This document shows, piece after piece, positions 8,292 to 15,715 of a stretch of DNA of 45,548 nucleotides. Source of the stretch: Bacillota bacterium (lineage in GTDB: Bacteria > Bacillota > Clostridia > Christensenellales > Borkfalkiaceae); contig JAETTR010000001.1 in assembly GCA_021768985.1 (NCBI GenBank), forward strand, positions 1 to 45,548, read 5' to 3'. The notes below the pieces were generated by a model. That model was given only the letters and a program-made list of their open reading frames with translations, made no database searches and was not told where the DNA came from. Position 1 is the first letter of the stretch. Every line of letters begins with the position of its first letter. Both the position numbers and the translations under genes were made by a program.

Positions 8292-10040
8292 TTAATTTGC
8301 AAATTGGGCGCGGTACAGATTCGCGTAGAACCCGTTTTTCGCGAGGAGCGCCTCGTGCGTGCCCTGTTCCACGATATGCCCCGCGTTCATCACCAGAATG
8401 GTGTCCGCGCTCTTGATCGTGGAAAGTCTGTGCGCGACGATAAAGCAGGTGCGGCCAGACATCAGTTTGGCAAACGCGTCCTGCACCTTGCGCTCGGTGC
8501 GGGTGTCGATGTTGCTCGTCGCTTCGTCGAGAATGAGCATGGGCGGGCGACAGAGCATAATACGCGCAATGCACAATAATTGTTTCTGACCCTGCGAAAG
8601 ACTCCCCTCGCCGCCCACGACCGTATCGTAACCCTGCGGCAGACGGGTGATAAAGGAATGCGCGTGCGCCGCCTTCGCCGCGGCGATCATCTCCTCCTCC
8701 GTGCAATCGGGCGCGCCCATGCACAGGTTCTCCCGCACGGTCGCCTCTTTCAGCCAGGTTTCCTGCAACACCATGCCGTAGTTCCGGCGTAACGATTCCC
8801 GCGTGATCTTGCGCACGTCCTTTCCGTCCACGGACACGCTCCCGCCGTTCACGTCGTAAAAGCGCATTAAAAGATTGATCACCGTCGTCTTGCCGCAGCC
8901 CGTGGGTCCCACGATCGCCACCCGTTGACCCGCGCGCGCCTCCACGTTCAGCCCCGTGATCAGCTCCGCGTCGGGACGGTAAGAGAAGGCGACGTCGCGC
9001 AGAGAAATATTCCCTTCCGCAACGCCGAGCGCGGGCATGCCCTCGTCCGAAGGCTCCTCTTCCTCGTCGATCAGCGCGAAGATCCGCGCGGCGCAGGCAA
9101 GCGCGTTCTGGAATTCGGTCACGACTTCCGAGATCTCGTTAAACGGTTTCGTGTACTGATTGGAATAGGAAAGGAAGGTCGTCAAATTTCCCACGCTGAA
9201 CGCCCCGCCCGTGCCGATTACGAACATGGCGCCCGCAAACGCGACGGCGGCGTATACGACGGAATTGACGAACCGCGTGACGGGGTTGGTCGTGGAAGAG
9301 AAGAACACCGCGCGCAGAGAACACTTGCGCATACGCTCGTTCTTTTCGGCGAAGATCTCCTCGTTCTCGTCCTCGTGGGTGTACGCCTTCACCACCTTTA
9401 AATTGCCGATCATTTCGTCGATAAACGCCGTCTGTTCGGCGCGCACCTCCGATTGCTTTTTGAACATGGAATAGGTGCGGGAAGCGATAAACTTGGAGCA
9501 AAACAGCGAAAGCGGCGTAATGCAGAATACGACGAGCGCGATCTCCCACCGCATGACGAGCATGATGACGAGCACGCCCGCGATCGTCGAAACGCCCGTG
9601 AACAGCTGAGTGAACCCGAGCAGAAGCCCGTCGGAGAACTGCTCCGCGTCGCTTACGATCACGCCCGAGATTTCACCGTACGCGCGGTTGTCGATATATT
9701 TCAGCGGAAGCCGCTCGATCTTGCGGAACGCGTCCCGCCGCACGTCGGCGAGCACGTGATAGCACACGCGGTTGTTGCACAGGCTCATCAGCCACTGCCC
9801 GAGCGCCGCCGCGGCAATGCAGAACGCGATTACGAGAAACAGGCGGTACAGCCCTTCGAAATCCACCTGCCCCGCGCCGACGATTTTATCGATCGCTTTT
9901 CCCACGAAATAGGGCACGGCGAGCTGACCCGCCACGGTCAGCGCCGCAAGAAACACCGTGCAGACGATGAGCGGCGCGTACGGCTTGAGATAACGGAGAA
10001 TCCCCGAAAGGGTCTTGCGGGAAGTTTTGTTCTGTTTCAT
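8292..10040 (-). CDS. ABC exporter, fused permease/ATPase half-transporter (partner 2 of a heterodimer)
   Basis: Six-TM domain followed by Walker A GPTGCGKTT, signature LSQGQKQ and Walker B ILILDEAT. The ATG at 10040 overlaps the upstream TGA (ATGA). The 184-codon N-terminal extension in the ORF track overlaps the upstream gene and is rejected. Confidence 0.85.
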   Translation of the reverse strand: MKQNKTSRKTLSGILRYLKPYAPLIVCTVFLAALTVAGQLAVPYFVGKAIDKIVGAGQVDFEGLYRLFLVIAFCIAAAALGQWLMSLCNNRVCYHVLADVRRDAFRKIERLPLKYIDNRAYGEISGVIVSDAEQFSDGLLLGFTQLFTGVSTIAGVLVIMLVMRWEIALVVFCITPLSLFCSKFIASRTYSMFKKQSEVRAEQTAFIDEMIGNLKVVKAYTHEDENEEIFAEKNERMRKCSLRAVFFSSTTNPVTRFVNSVVYAAVAFAGAMFVIGTGGAFSVGNLTTFLSYSNQYTKPFNEISEVVTEFQNALACAARIFALIDEEEEPSDEGMPALGVAEGNISLRDVAFSYRPDAELITGLNVEARAGQRVAIVGPTGCGKTTVINLLMRFYDVNGGSVSVDGKDVRKITRESLRRNYGMVLQETWLKEATVRENLCMGAPDCTEEEMIAAAKAAHAHSFITRLPQGYDTVVGGEGSLSQGQKQLLCIARIMLCRPPMLILDEATSNIDTRTERKVQDAFAKLMSGRTCFIVAHRLSTIKSADTILVMNAGHIVEQGTHEALLAKNGFYANLYRAQFAN

Positions 10041-11764
10041 GACCGGCTCTCCTCCCGCTCCTGCGAATTGTAAATTTCCCGATAAACGGAACAGCTTCCG
10101 ATCAGCTCTTCGTGCGTGCCGATCCCGACGGCTTTCCCGTCGTCGAGCACCACGATCTTGTCGGCGTGCCGCACCGACGAAGCCCGCTGGGAGACAATGA
10201 ACACCGTACAATCGAGCTCCCTTAACGCGCGCCGCAAGTTCGCGTCCGTCGCGTAATCGAGCGCGGACGACGAATCGTCCAGAATCAGAATCTTCGGCTT
10301 TCTCACGAGGGCGCGGGCGATCGTCAGCCGCTGACGCTGACCCCCCGAAAGGTTCTTGCCCTCCTGCGCGACCGCGCCGTCCAGCCCGCCCTTTGCGGCG
10401 ACGACGTCCTCCGCCTGCGCGGTTTTGATCGCGGCGAGAAGCTCCTCCTCCGTCGCGTTCCCCGCCCCCCACAGGAGGTTGGAACGGATGGTTCCCTGAA
10501 ACAAAACCGCCTTCTGCGGTACGATCCCCACCGTTTCGCGCAGCTCTTCGGCGGGAATCCCCTTTACGTTCCGTCCGTCCACCCGCACGCAACCCTCACT
10601 TGCTTCGTAAAAGCGGGGGATCAGGTTGACGAGCGTGCTCTTGCCCGAACCCGTGCCGCCGAGCACGCCCACCGTTTCGCCCTTGCGCACGGCAAAATCG
10701 ATTCCGTCGAGCGCGGGCGCGCCGCCGCCCGAATAAGTAAAGGTCACGCGTTCGAAGCGCACCGCGCAGTCGTCCTCCGCGGCGGGCTCCGCTTCGCCCG
10801 AAACGGAGACTTCCCCCTCCTCGTCGAGCACCGCGCCGATCCGCTTCTGGCAGGTGACCGCCTTGGTGATCGTGAATATGAGGTTCGCGAACTTGACGAG
10901 TTCGACGAGAATGATCGAAAGATAGCTGTAAAGGGCGATTACGTCGCCCTGCTCGATTCCGCCGCCGTCCACGCGGATCGCGCCCACCCAGACGAGCGCG
11001 ATGACCGCCACGCTCACGAGCACGTAGGTCAGCGGCGCCATGAGCGACGACACGAACCCCGATTTTTTCTGCGCCTTGCACAGTCCGCCGTTGCGTTCAT
11101 CGAATTCGGCGATTTCCGCGTCCTCGTTGCAGAACGCGCGGATCACGCGCGCGCCCGCCAGATTTTCCCGCGCGGAAGCGTACACCTTGTCGAGCCTGCC
11201 CTGCACGCGGCGGTACAGCGGAATGCCCGCCGCCATCACGCCCGCGACGACCGCAATCAGAAGGGGAAGCACGGCGACGAACACGAGCGCGGTTTGCGCG
11301 TCCTTCACGAACGCCATCGCCGTCGCGCCGAACACGATCAGGGGCGAACGGAGAAGCAGACGAAGGGTCATATTCACGCCCGTCTGCACCTGATTGACGT
11401 CGCTCGTCATACGGGTGATCATGGCGGGCGTGCCCGTGCGGTCGATCTGCCCGTACGAAAAAGACTGCAATTTCGCGAACAGCCTGCCGCGCAACTCCGC
11501 CGAGGTGCCCACCGCCGCGCGGGCGGCGAAAAACTGCGCCGTCAGCGAGAACGCCAGCCCGACGACGCCGAAGCCGACGAGGATCAGACACCCGATCAGC
11601 ACGAACCGTTTGTCCGCGCCCTCTGCGCCGTTGATGCCGCGGTTTACGATCGCCGCGACCACGAGCGGAACGACGAGTTCCATGCCCGCTTCGAGAAGCT
11701 TGAACAGCGGCGCGAGAATCGACTCTTTTTTATAAGTTTTCAAACAGGAAAATAAATGCCGCAT
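10037..11764 (-). CDS. ABC exporter, fused permease/ATPase half-transporter (partner 1 of a heterodimer)
   Basis: 575 aa. Walker A GGTGSGKST, signature LSGGQRQ and Walker B ILILDDSSS. AAGGAG lies before the ATG. Confidence 0.85.
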   Translation of the reverse strand: MRHLFSCLKTYKKESILAPLFKLLEAGMELVVPLVVAAIVNRGINGAEGADKRFVLIGCLILVGFGVVGLAFSLTAQFFAARAAVGTSAELRGRLFAKLQSFSYGQIDRTGTPAMITRMTSDVNQVQTGVNMTLRLLLRSPLIVFGATAMAFVKDAQTALVFVAVLPLLIAVVAGVMAAGIPLYRRVQGRLDKVYASARENLAGARVIRAFCNEDAEIAEFDERNGGLCKAQKKSGFVSSLMAPLTYVLVSVAVIALVWVGAIRVDGGGIEQGDVIALYSYLSIILVELVKFANLIFTITKAVTCQKRIGAVLDEEGEVSVSGEAEPAAEDDCAVRFERVTFTYSGGGAPALDGIDFAVRKGETVGVLGGTGSGKSTLVNLIPRFYEASEGCVRVDGRNVKGIPAEELRETVGIVPQKAVLFQGTIRSNLLWGAGNATEEELLAAIKTAQAEDVVAAKGGLDGAVAQEGKNLSGGQRQRLTIARALVRKPKILILDDSSSALDYATDANLRRALRELDCTVFIVSQRASSVRHADKIVVLDDGKAVGIGTHEELIGSCSVYREIYNSQEREESRS

Positions 11765-11803
11765 AAACTCCTTTTATCAAACCGAAACGACGATAAGTCC
11801 GCA

Positions 11804-11827
11804 GAATTTTTCGGCGACGAAAAATTC
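11804..11827 (-). terminator. hairpin after the CaCA gene (weak terminator, no clear U-tract)
   Basis: GAATTTTTCG / CGAAAAATTC 10-bp stem with a 4-nt loop, 7 nt after the stop codon. Confidence 0.3.
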
Positions 11828-11833
11828 GCGAAC

Positions 11834-12847
11834 CTACGCGACGAACAAATACACGTAATACCCCGCAAAACAGGCGAGCATCAACGCGCCGCCGATCTTG
11901 CCGATCTCGTGTTTCTTGAAGAGCGCAAGCGCGTACAACAGCAAAGTTGCGCCGAGCGCCACCAACGCGTCCACCAAGTTTTTATCGGGCACGAAGGGCA
12001 ACGGGTATATGAGCGCCGAGACGCCGCCGATCAACAGAATGTTAAAAATATTGCTCCCGATGATATTCCCCACGGCGATATCCGTCTCGCCCTTCTTCGC
12101 CGCCACGACCGAGGTGACGAGCTCGGGAAGGGAGGTTCCGATCGCAACGACGGTGAGTGCGATGATCCGTTCGGACGCGCCGAAATATTTCGCGATGAAT
12201 TTTGCTCCGTCCACGAGCAACGTGCCGCCGCCCACCACCATGCCCAAGCCTACGAGCGTCAAAAGCACCAAAAACCAGGTTTTGCGACGCATCAGCGTAA
12301 ACCAGCGCGCAATCTTGCCCTGCTCGCGGCGTTCCGCGACTTTGTCGGGCTCCGCCTCGGACACGGGTGCCGCGTTTTGCATTTTCAAGACCCGCCGCGC
12401 TTTCACGAGCAACACCGCCATGTACGCAATAAACACTAAAAGCAGGATCAGCCCGTCCCACCATTCGAGCGCGCGCCCCCAGACGCCGAGTCCGATCAGA
12501 AGCGCGCTGGACAAGACCAGCACGGGCAGATCGAGCGCGAGAGAATTCTTCGTTACGGGAAGATTGTGAATGAGCGCGGACACGCCGAGGATCAACAGCA
12601 CATTCGCGATGTTGCTCCCCACCACGTTCCCGATCGCGATATCGGTGGACTTCTGAATGGCGGAAGCGACGGACACGCACAGCTCGGGCGCGCTCGTACC
12701 GAACGCCACCACCGTAAGTCCGATAATCAGCGGCGGAATCTTACACTTCCCCGCGATCCCCGCGCTTCCGTCCACGAACCAATCCGCGCCCTTAATCAGA
12801 AGCGCGAATCCGACGATCAGCAGCACAATGTTCCAAAACAGCTCCAT
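11834..12847 (-). CDS. CaCA-family cation/Ca2+ antiporter (YrbG-like)
   Basis: Two alpha-repeat signatures, GTSAPEL and GTSLPEL. About 10 TM segments. The ATG at 12847 lies 9 nt after AGGAG. The ORF-track start is a TTG two codons upstream. Confidence 0.85.
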   Translation of the reverse strand: MELFWNIVLLIVGFALLIKGADWFVDGSAGIAGKCKIPPLIIGLTVVAFGTSAPELCVSVASAIQKSTDIAIGNVVGSNIANVLLILGVSALIHNLPVTKNSLALDLPVLVLSSALLIGLGVWGRALEWWDGLILLLVFIAYMAVLLVKARRVLKMQNAAPVSEAEPDKVAERREQGKIARWFTLMRRKTWFLVLLTLVGLGMVVGGGTLLVDGAKFIAKYFGASERIIALTVVAIGTSLPELVTSVVAAKKGETDIAVGNIIGSNIFNILLIGGVSALIYPLPFVPDKNLVDALVALGATLLLYALALFKKHEIGKIGGALMLACFAGYYVYLFVA

Positions 12848-12883
12848 ACCCAAAAACTCCTATTGCAAAAATATATTTTTGCC

Positions 12884-12978
12884 GAAAGTCTCGTCGTTCA
12901 TACGAACCGCCGTAGACACGTTCCGCAAGTCCTGCGGAACGGGGTATGTTGCCACGGCGAAATGACTACTCCCTTTCT
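12884..12978 (-). promoter_or_regulatory. yybP-ykoY-like (Mn2+) riboswitch aptamer in the CaCA antiporter leader
   Basis: Minus strand reads GAAAGGGAGTAGTC...CGCCGT..GTTCCGCAGGACTTGCGGAAC..ACGGCG..GAACGACGAGACTTTC. Conserved GGGAGUAG and ACGA(C/G)GAGAC elements are present. GAAAG/CTTTC can close P1. The element starts about 25 nt after a consensus promoter. Confidence 0.6.
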
Positions 12979-13002
12979 AACAAACACCATGAAAGTTATC
13001 CT

Positions 13003-13031
13003 ATTGTAAGACGAATGGAAAAAAATGTCAA
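13003..13031 (-). promoter_or_regulatory. sigma-A type promoter for the riboswitch-CaCA unit
   Basis: Minus strand reads TTGACA (13031..13026), a 17-nt spacer, then TACAAT (13008..13003). Confidence 0.6.
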
Positions 13032-13077
13032 GCAAAGCGCGCCCGTTTCCGGTTTTCCCCTTTCGCCGCTTTCGGAT

Positions 13078-13689
13078 TTATGTAACGCCTTCGAGCAGAA
13101 TTTTCAGCCCGACGAGCATCAGCACCGCGCCGCCCATGAGCTCCGCTCCGTCCGAAAAACGACCTCCCGCGCGCCTGCCGATCTTGACCGCGGCAGCCGA
13201 CAGGCAGAAGGTAACGGTGCCGATCACAAAGGCGCAGAGCGCGACGGGAAAGGGCAATCCCACGCTCGTTTCCGCTGCAAGCAGGCTCACGCCCACGGCG
13301 AGCGCGTCGAGACTCGTCGCGACCGCCTGCACGAGCAGCTTCCCCGCGGTGAGCCCGCAACGCTTCCGAGCGGAAAGGAAGGGCTTTAACCGTTCCTCCT
13401 TTCCCGCGCGGAGGGCTTCCGCAAAATAACCGACGACCGACTTTCCGCCGAGCACGCCGAGAATCGCAAACGACAGCCAGGGCGCGATTTTCGCGACGAC
13501 GGAAGCGAACGCCGCGCCGCAATAATAACCCGCGAGCGGCATTCCGAACTGGAAAACCGCAAACGCGCACGCGATGGCAAACCATTTCCCAACGCGCATA
13601 TCGGGTTCCTCGATCCCGTCGGTAATCCCCACGGCGAACGCGTCCATAGAAAGCGCGATCCCGATCAGAATAATTTCGAAAGCAGACAA
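13078..13689 (-). CDS. mntP: manganese efflux pump MntP
   Basis: (M)SAFEIILIGIALSMDAFAVGITDG... matches typical MntP N-termini, with a second SLDALAVG repeat. Start is assigned to TTG 13689..13687, 6 nt after AGGAGGGG. The ORF-track start lies inside the upstream terminator hairpin. Confidence 0.85.
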   Translation of the reverse strand: MSAFEIILIGIALSMDAFAVGITDGIEEPDMRVGKWFAIACAFAVFQFGMPLAGYYCGAAFASVVAKIAPWLSFAILGVLGGKSVVGYFAEALRAGKEERLKPFLSARKRCGLTAGKLLVQAVATSLDALAVGVSLLAAETSVGLPFPVALCAFVIGTVTFCLSAAAVKIGRRAGGRFSDGAELMGGAVLMLVGLKILLEGVT

Positions 13690-13743
13690 CGGTTTCCCCT
13701 CCTGTGCTTTGCTACGTTTTCCGAAGCGGATACTCAAACGATC

Positions 13744-13866
13744 AAAAAAAAGACTTACGCGCAAAAATTGCGCATAAGTCTTGTCGTTTCAGATAACACC
13801 CGCGGATTCCCGCAAGATGTGGACGTTACCGCTCCTTTGCAAAAGAAGCCGACTACTCCCCTATGA
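13744..13866 (-). promoter_or_regulatory. yybP-ykoY (Mn2+) riboswitch with terminator expression platform, mntP leader
   Basis: Minus strand reads CATAGGGGAGTAGTCGGC....GAAACGACAAGACTTATGCGCAATTTTTGCGCGTAAGTCTTTTTTTT. GGGGAGUAG is at 13861..13853. The terminator 5-prime arm (AAGACTTATGCGCAA) overlaps the aptamer 3-prime strand. Confidence 0.8.
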
Positions 13867-13874
13867 CTATTAAC

Positions 13875-13903
13875 AGTATACACAACCGAAAAAATTTCGT
13901 CAA
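13875..13903 (-). promoter_or_regulatory. sigma-A type promoter for the riboswitch-mntP unit
   Basis: Minus strand reads TTGACG (13903..13898), a 17-nt spacer, then TATACT (13880..13875). Confidence 0.6.
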
Positions 13904-13951
13904 CCTTTTTGCGGGAAAAAATCCGATTCCCGAAAAAAATTTTTTGCGGTT

Positions 13952-15292
13952 TTAATACCGATATTTTTTCCGCATGAGCAGGAAAAACGACACGGTGACC
14001 GCGCAGGCGAGCACGTCGGCGGCGACCGCGGCAAGCCATACGCCCGCCAATCCCCACCAGACCGGCATGAGCAAAATGGTTCCGCATTGAAAGATCAGCG
14101 AGCGGATAAAGGAGATCGACGCGGAAACCAACCCGTTGTTCAGCGCGGTAAAGAACGCCGACCCGAACACGCTGACCCCCATCAGCAGATAGGCGAGCGA
14201 ATACAGATAAATTCCGTTTCGGGTGAGCAGGTACACCTCCTCGCTCGTGGCGAAGATCTTCGCGAACGGAACGGCGAGCGCTTCGGAAATTCCCGTCAGC
14301 GCCAGACCGAGCACGGCGATTATAACCAGACACCGCTTGCGCAGGTTCTTCAATTCGTCGGTGTTTTGCGCGCCGAAGTGATACCCGACCACGGGCGCGA
14401 TTCCCATGGAGAACCCGAAATAGATATTGAAGAAAATCGTGCTCATGTACATGATAATGCCGTAAGCAATCACGCCGTTGTCCCCCGCGAGCCGCAACAG
14501 CTGGGTATTGTACAGTATGCTGACAAGCGAAAAGGAAATATTCGAAAGCAATTCCGAAGAGCCGTTTGCACAGGCGCGGAAGAAGGATTTTACTTCGAAA
14601 CGAGGCTTCGAAAAGCGCAGCAGGCTCGAATTTCTGCACGCGAAATAGACGACCGGAACGACCGCGCCCACCGCCTGCCCGACGACCGTAGCCGCCGCGG
14701 CGCCCGCAAGCCCCCAACCGAAGCCCGCGATAAACAGCGCGTCGAGCGCGACGTTCGTAAGCCCCGCCGCCACGGTGACCGCGAACCCCAGCGTCGCCTT
14801 TTCCGCCGTGACGAGAAAGCTCTGAAAGGCAAACTGCAACATCAAAAAGGGCAAGCCTGCAAGCAGGATCATCCCATACAGGACGGCGAACCGCACCGTT
14901 TCGGGCGAAGCGTCCTTTCCCAACAGCGCGGCGACGGGGCGCACCACCGCCAGCCCGATCCCGCCGAACACAACGCCCGCAACCGCGATTGCGATGACGA
15001 GAAAGGAAAAACACCCGAGCGCCTTCTCCCTGTCTCCCTCGCCGAGCGTCTTTGCGATCAGCGCGCTTCCGCCCGAGCCGAACATGAGCCCGATCGCGCC
15101 GAGGATCATGATCACGGGCCAGATGAGATTTAATCCCGCGAACGCGGTATCGCCCACCATTTTGGACACGAACACGCCGTCCACGATCGAATAGATCGAA
15201 GTGAAAACCGCCATCACGACGGACGGCAAAGTAAACAGAATGATTTTTCGAAAGTTAAAATGTTCGGCAAGCCCGATCCGTTTGCGTTTCAT
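13952..15292 (-). CDS. MATE-family multidrug/sodium efflux transporter
   Basis: 446 aa with 12 predicted TM segments. The N-terminal pattern ILFTLPSVVMAVFTSIYSIVDGVFVSK is typical of MATE. GAGGAG lies before the ATG. Confidence 0.85.
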   Translation of the reverse strand: MKRKRIGLAEHFNFRKIILFTLPSVVMAVFTSIYSIVDGVFVSKMVGDTAFAGLNLIWPVIMILGAIGLMFGSGGSALIAKTLGEGDREKALGCFSFLVIAIAVAGVVFGGIGLAVVRPVAALLGKDASPETVRFAVLYGMILLAGLPFLMLQFAFQSFLVTAEKATLGFAVTVAAGLTNVALDALFIAGFGWGLAGAAAATVVGQAVGAVVPVVYFACRNSSLLRFSKPRFEVKSFFRACANGSSELLSNISFSLVSILYNTQLLRLAGDNGVIAYGIIMYMSTIFFNIYFGFSMGIAPVVGYHFGAQNTDELKNLRKRCLVIIAVLGLALTGISEALAVPFAKIFATSEEVYLLTRNGIYLYSLAYLLMGVSVFGSAFFTALNNGLVSASISFIRSLIFQCGTILLMPVWWGLAGVWLAAVAADVLACAVTVSFFLLMRKKYRY

Positions 15293-15305
15293 GCGCTCCT
15301 CACGT

Positions 15306-15354
15306 ATAAAAAAAGACGCCCGACACGGTCGATCGCGCGCACTCGACGTCTTTT
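15306..15354 (-). terminator. terminator-like hairpin plus U-tract between the promoter and the MATE start codon (possible attenuator)
   Basis: Minus strand reads AAAAGACGTCGAGTGCGCGCGATCGACCGTGTCGGGCGTCTTTTTTTAT. There is an outer AAAAGACG/CGTCTTTT stem and an inner GTCGA/TCGAC stem. It lies downstream of the -10 at 15361..15366 and 8 nt upstream of GAGGAG. Confidence 0.5.
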
Positions 15355-15360
15355 CAACGC

Positions 15361-15389
15361 ATTATATAGAATATACAGACAATAGTCAA
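15361..15389 (-). promoter_or_regulatory. sigma-A type promoter upstream of the MATE gene
   Basis: Minus strand reads TTGACT (15389..15384), a 17-nt spacer, then TATAAT (15366..15361). Confidence 0.55.
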
Positions 15390-15406
15390 ACGATTTCCCG
15401 CGGATT

Positions 15407-15661
15407 TCAGGATTCGGATAAAATTTTCCCGATTCTCTGCACGCGGTTCATAGGCACGGGCGCAGTCTGGCGGGAACAGTCCTCCGTGCGCAGAACGACG
15501 CCCGTAACGAATTTGCCGTTCAGGGGCGCCTCCACCCGATCCCCCGCCTTGATTTTAGAGGTCGGCGAGAGATACCAGCGGGGCGTGCCCGCGATATCGA
15601 CCTTTGCAAAAGTATAAATTTCGTTTTCGGCGATGACCCCGCCGCTCAATGAATGAATCAT
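15407..15661 (-). CDS. conserved-looking hypothetical protein, 84 aa
   Basis: MIHSLSGGVIAENEIYTFAKVDIAGTPRWYLSPTSKIKAGDRVEAPLNGKFVTGVVLR... The ATG at 15661 follows GGGAGGAAGC. Family not recognised. Confidence 0.6.
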   Translation of the reverse strand: MIHSLSGGVIAENEIYTFAKVDIAGTPRWYLSPTSKIKAGDRVEAPLNGKFVTGVVLRTEDCSRQTAPVPMNRVQRIGKILSES

Positions 15662-15715
15662 AGCTTCCTCCCGCATGAACCCGCGCCGTGAAACCGACAG
15701 AAACGCGGCGAGCTT

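Noticed and set aside
8292-10592. N-terminal extensions suggested by the ORF track. Examples: 766-aa ABC protein; 249-aa flavoprotein; 351-aa Sir2; 412-aa CysK; 476-aa LRR protein; 381-aa AnsA; 316-aa CmpB-like; 1212-aa M60.
   Set aside because: In each case the extension overlaps the upstream gene or a terminator, has Arg/Gly-rich composition, and an internal start with a good GGAGG-type SD matches family N-termini.
13755-15014. 419-aa minus-strand ORF overlapping the MATE gene and the mntP riboswitch
   Set aside because: It is an alternative frame of the MATE gene. It crosses that gene's stop, a promoter and the riboswitch, and has Arg/Gly-rich composition.
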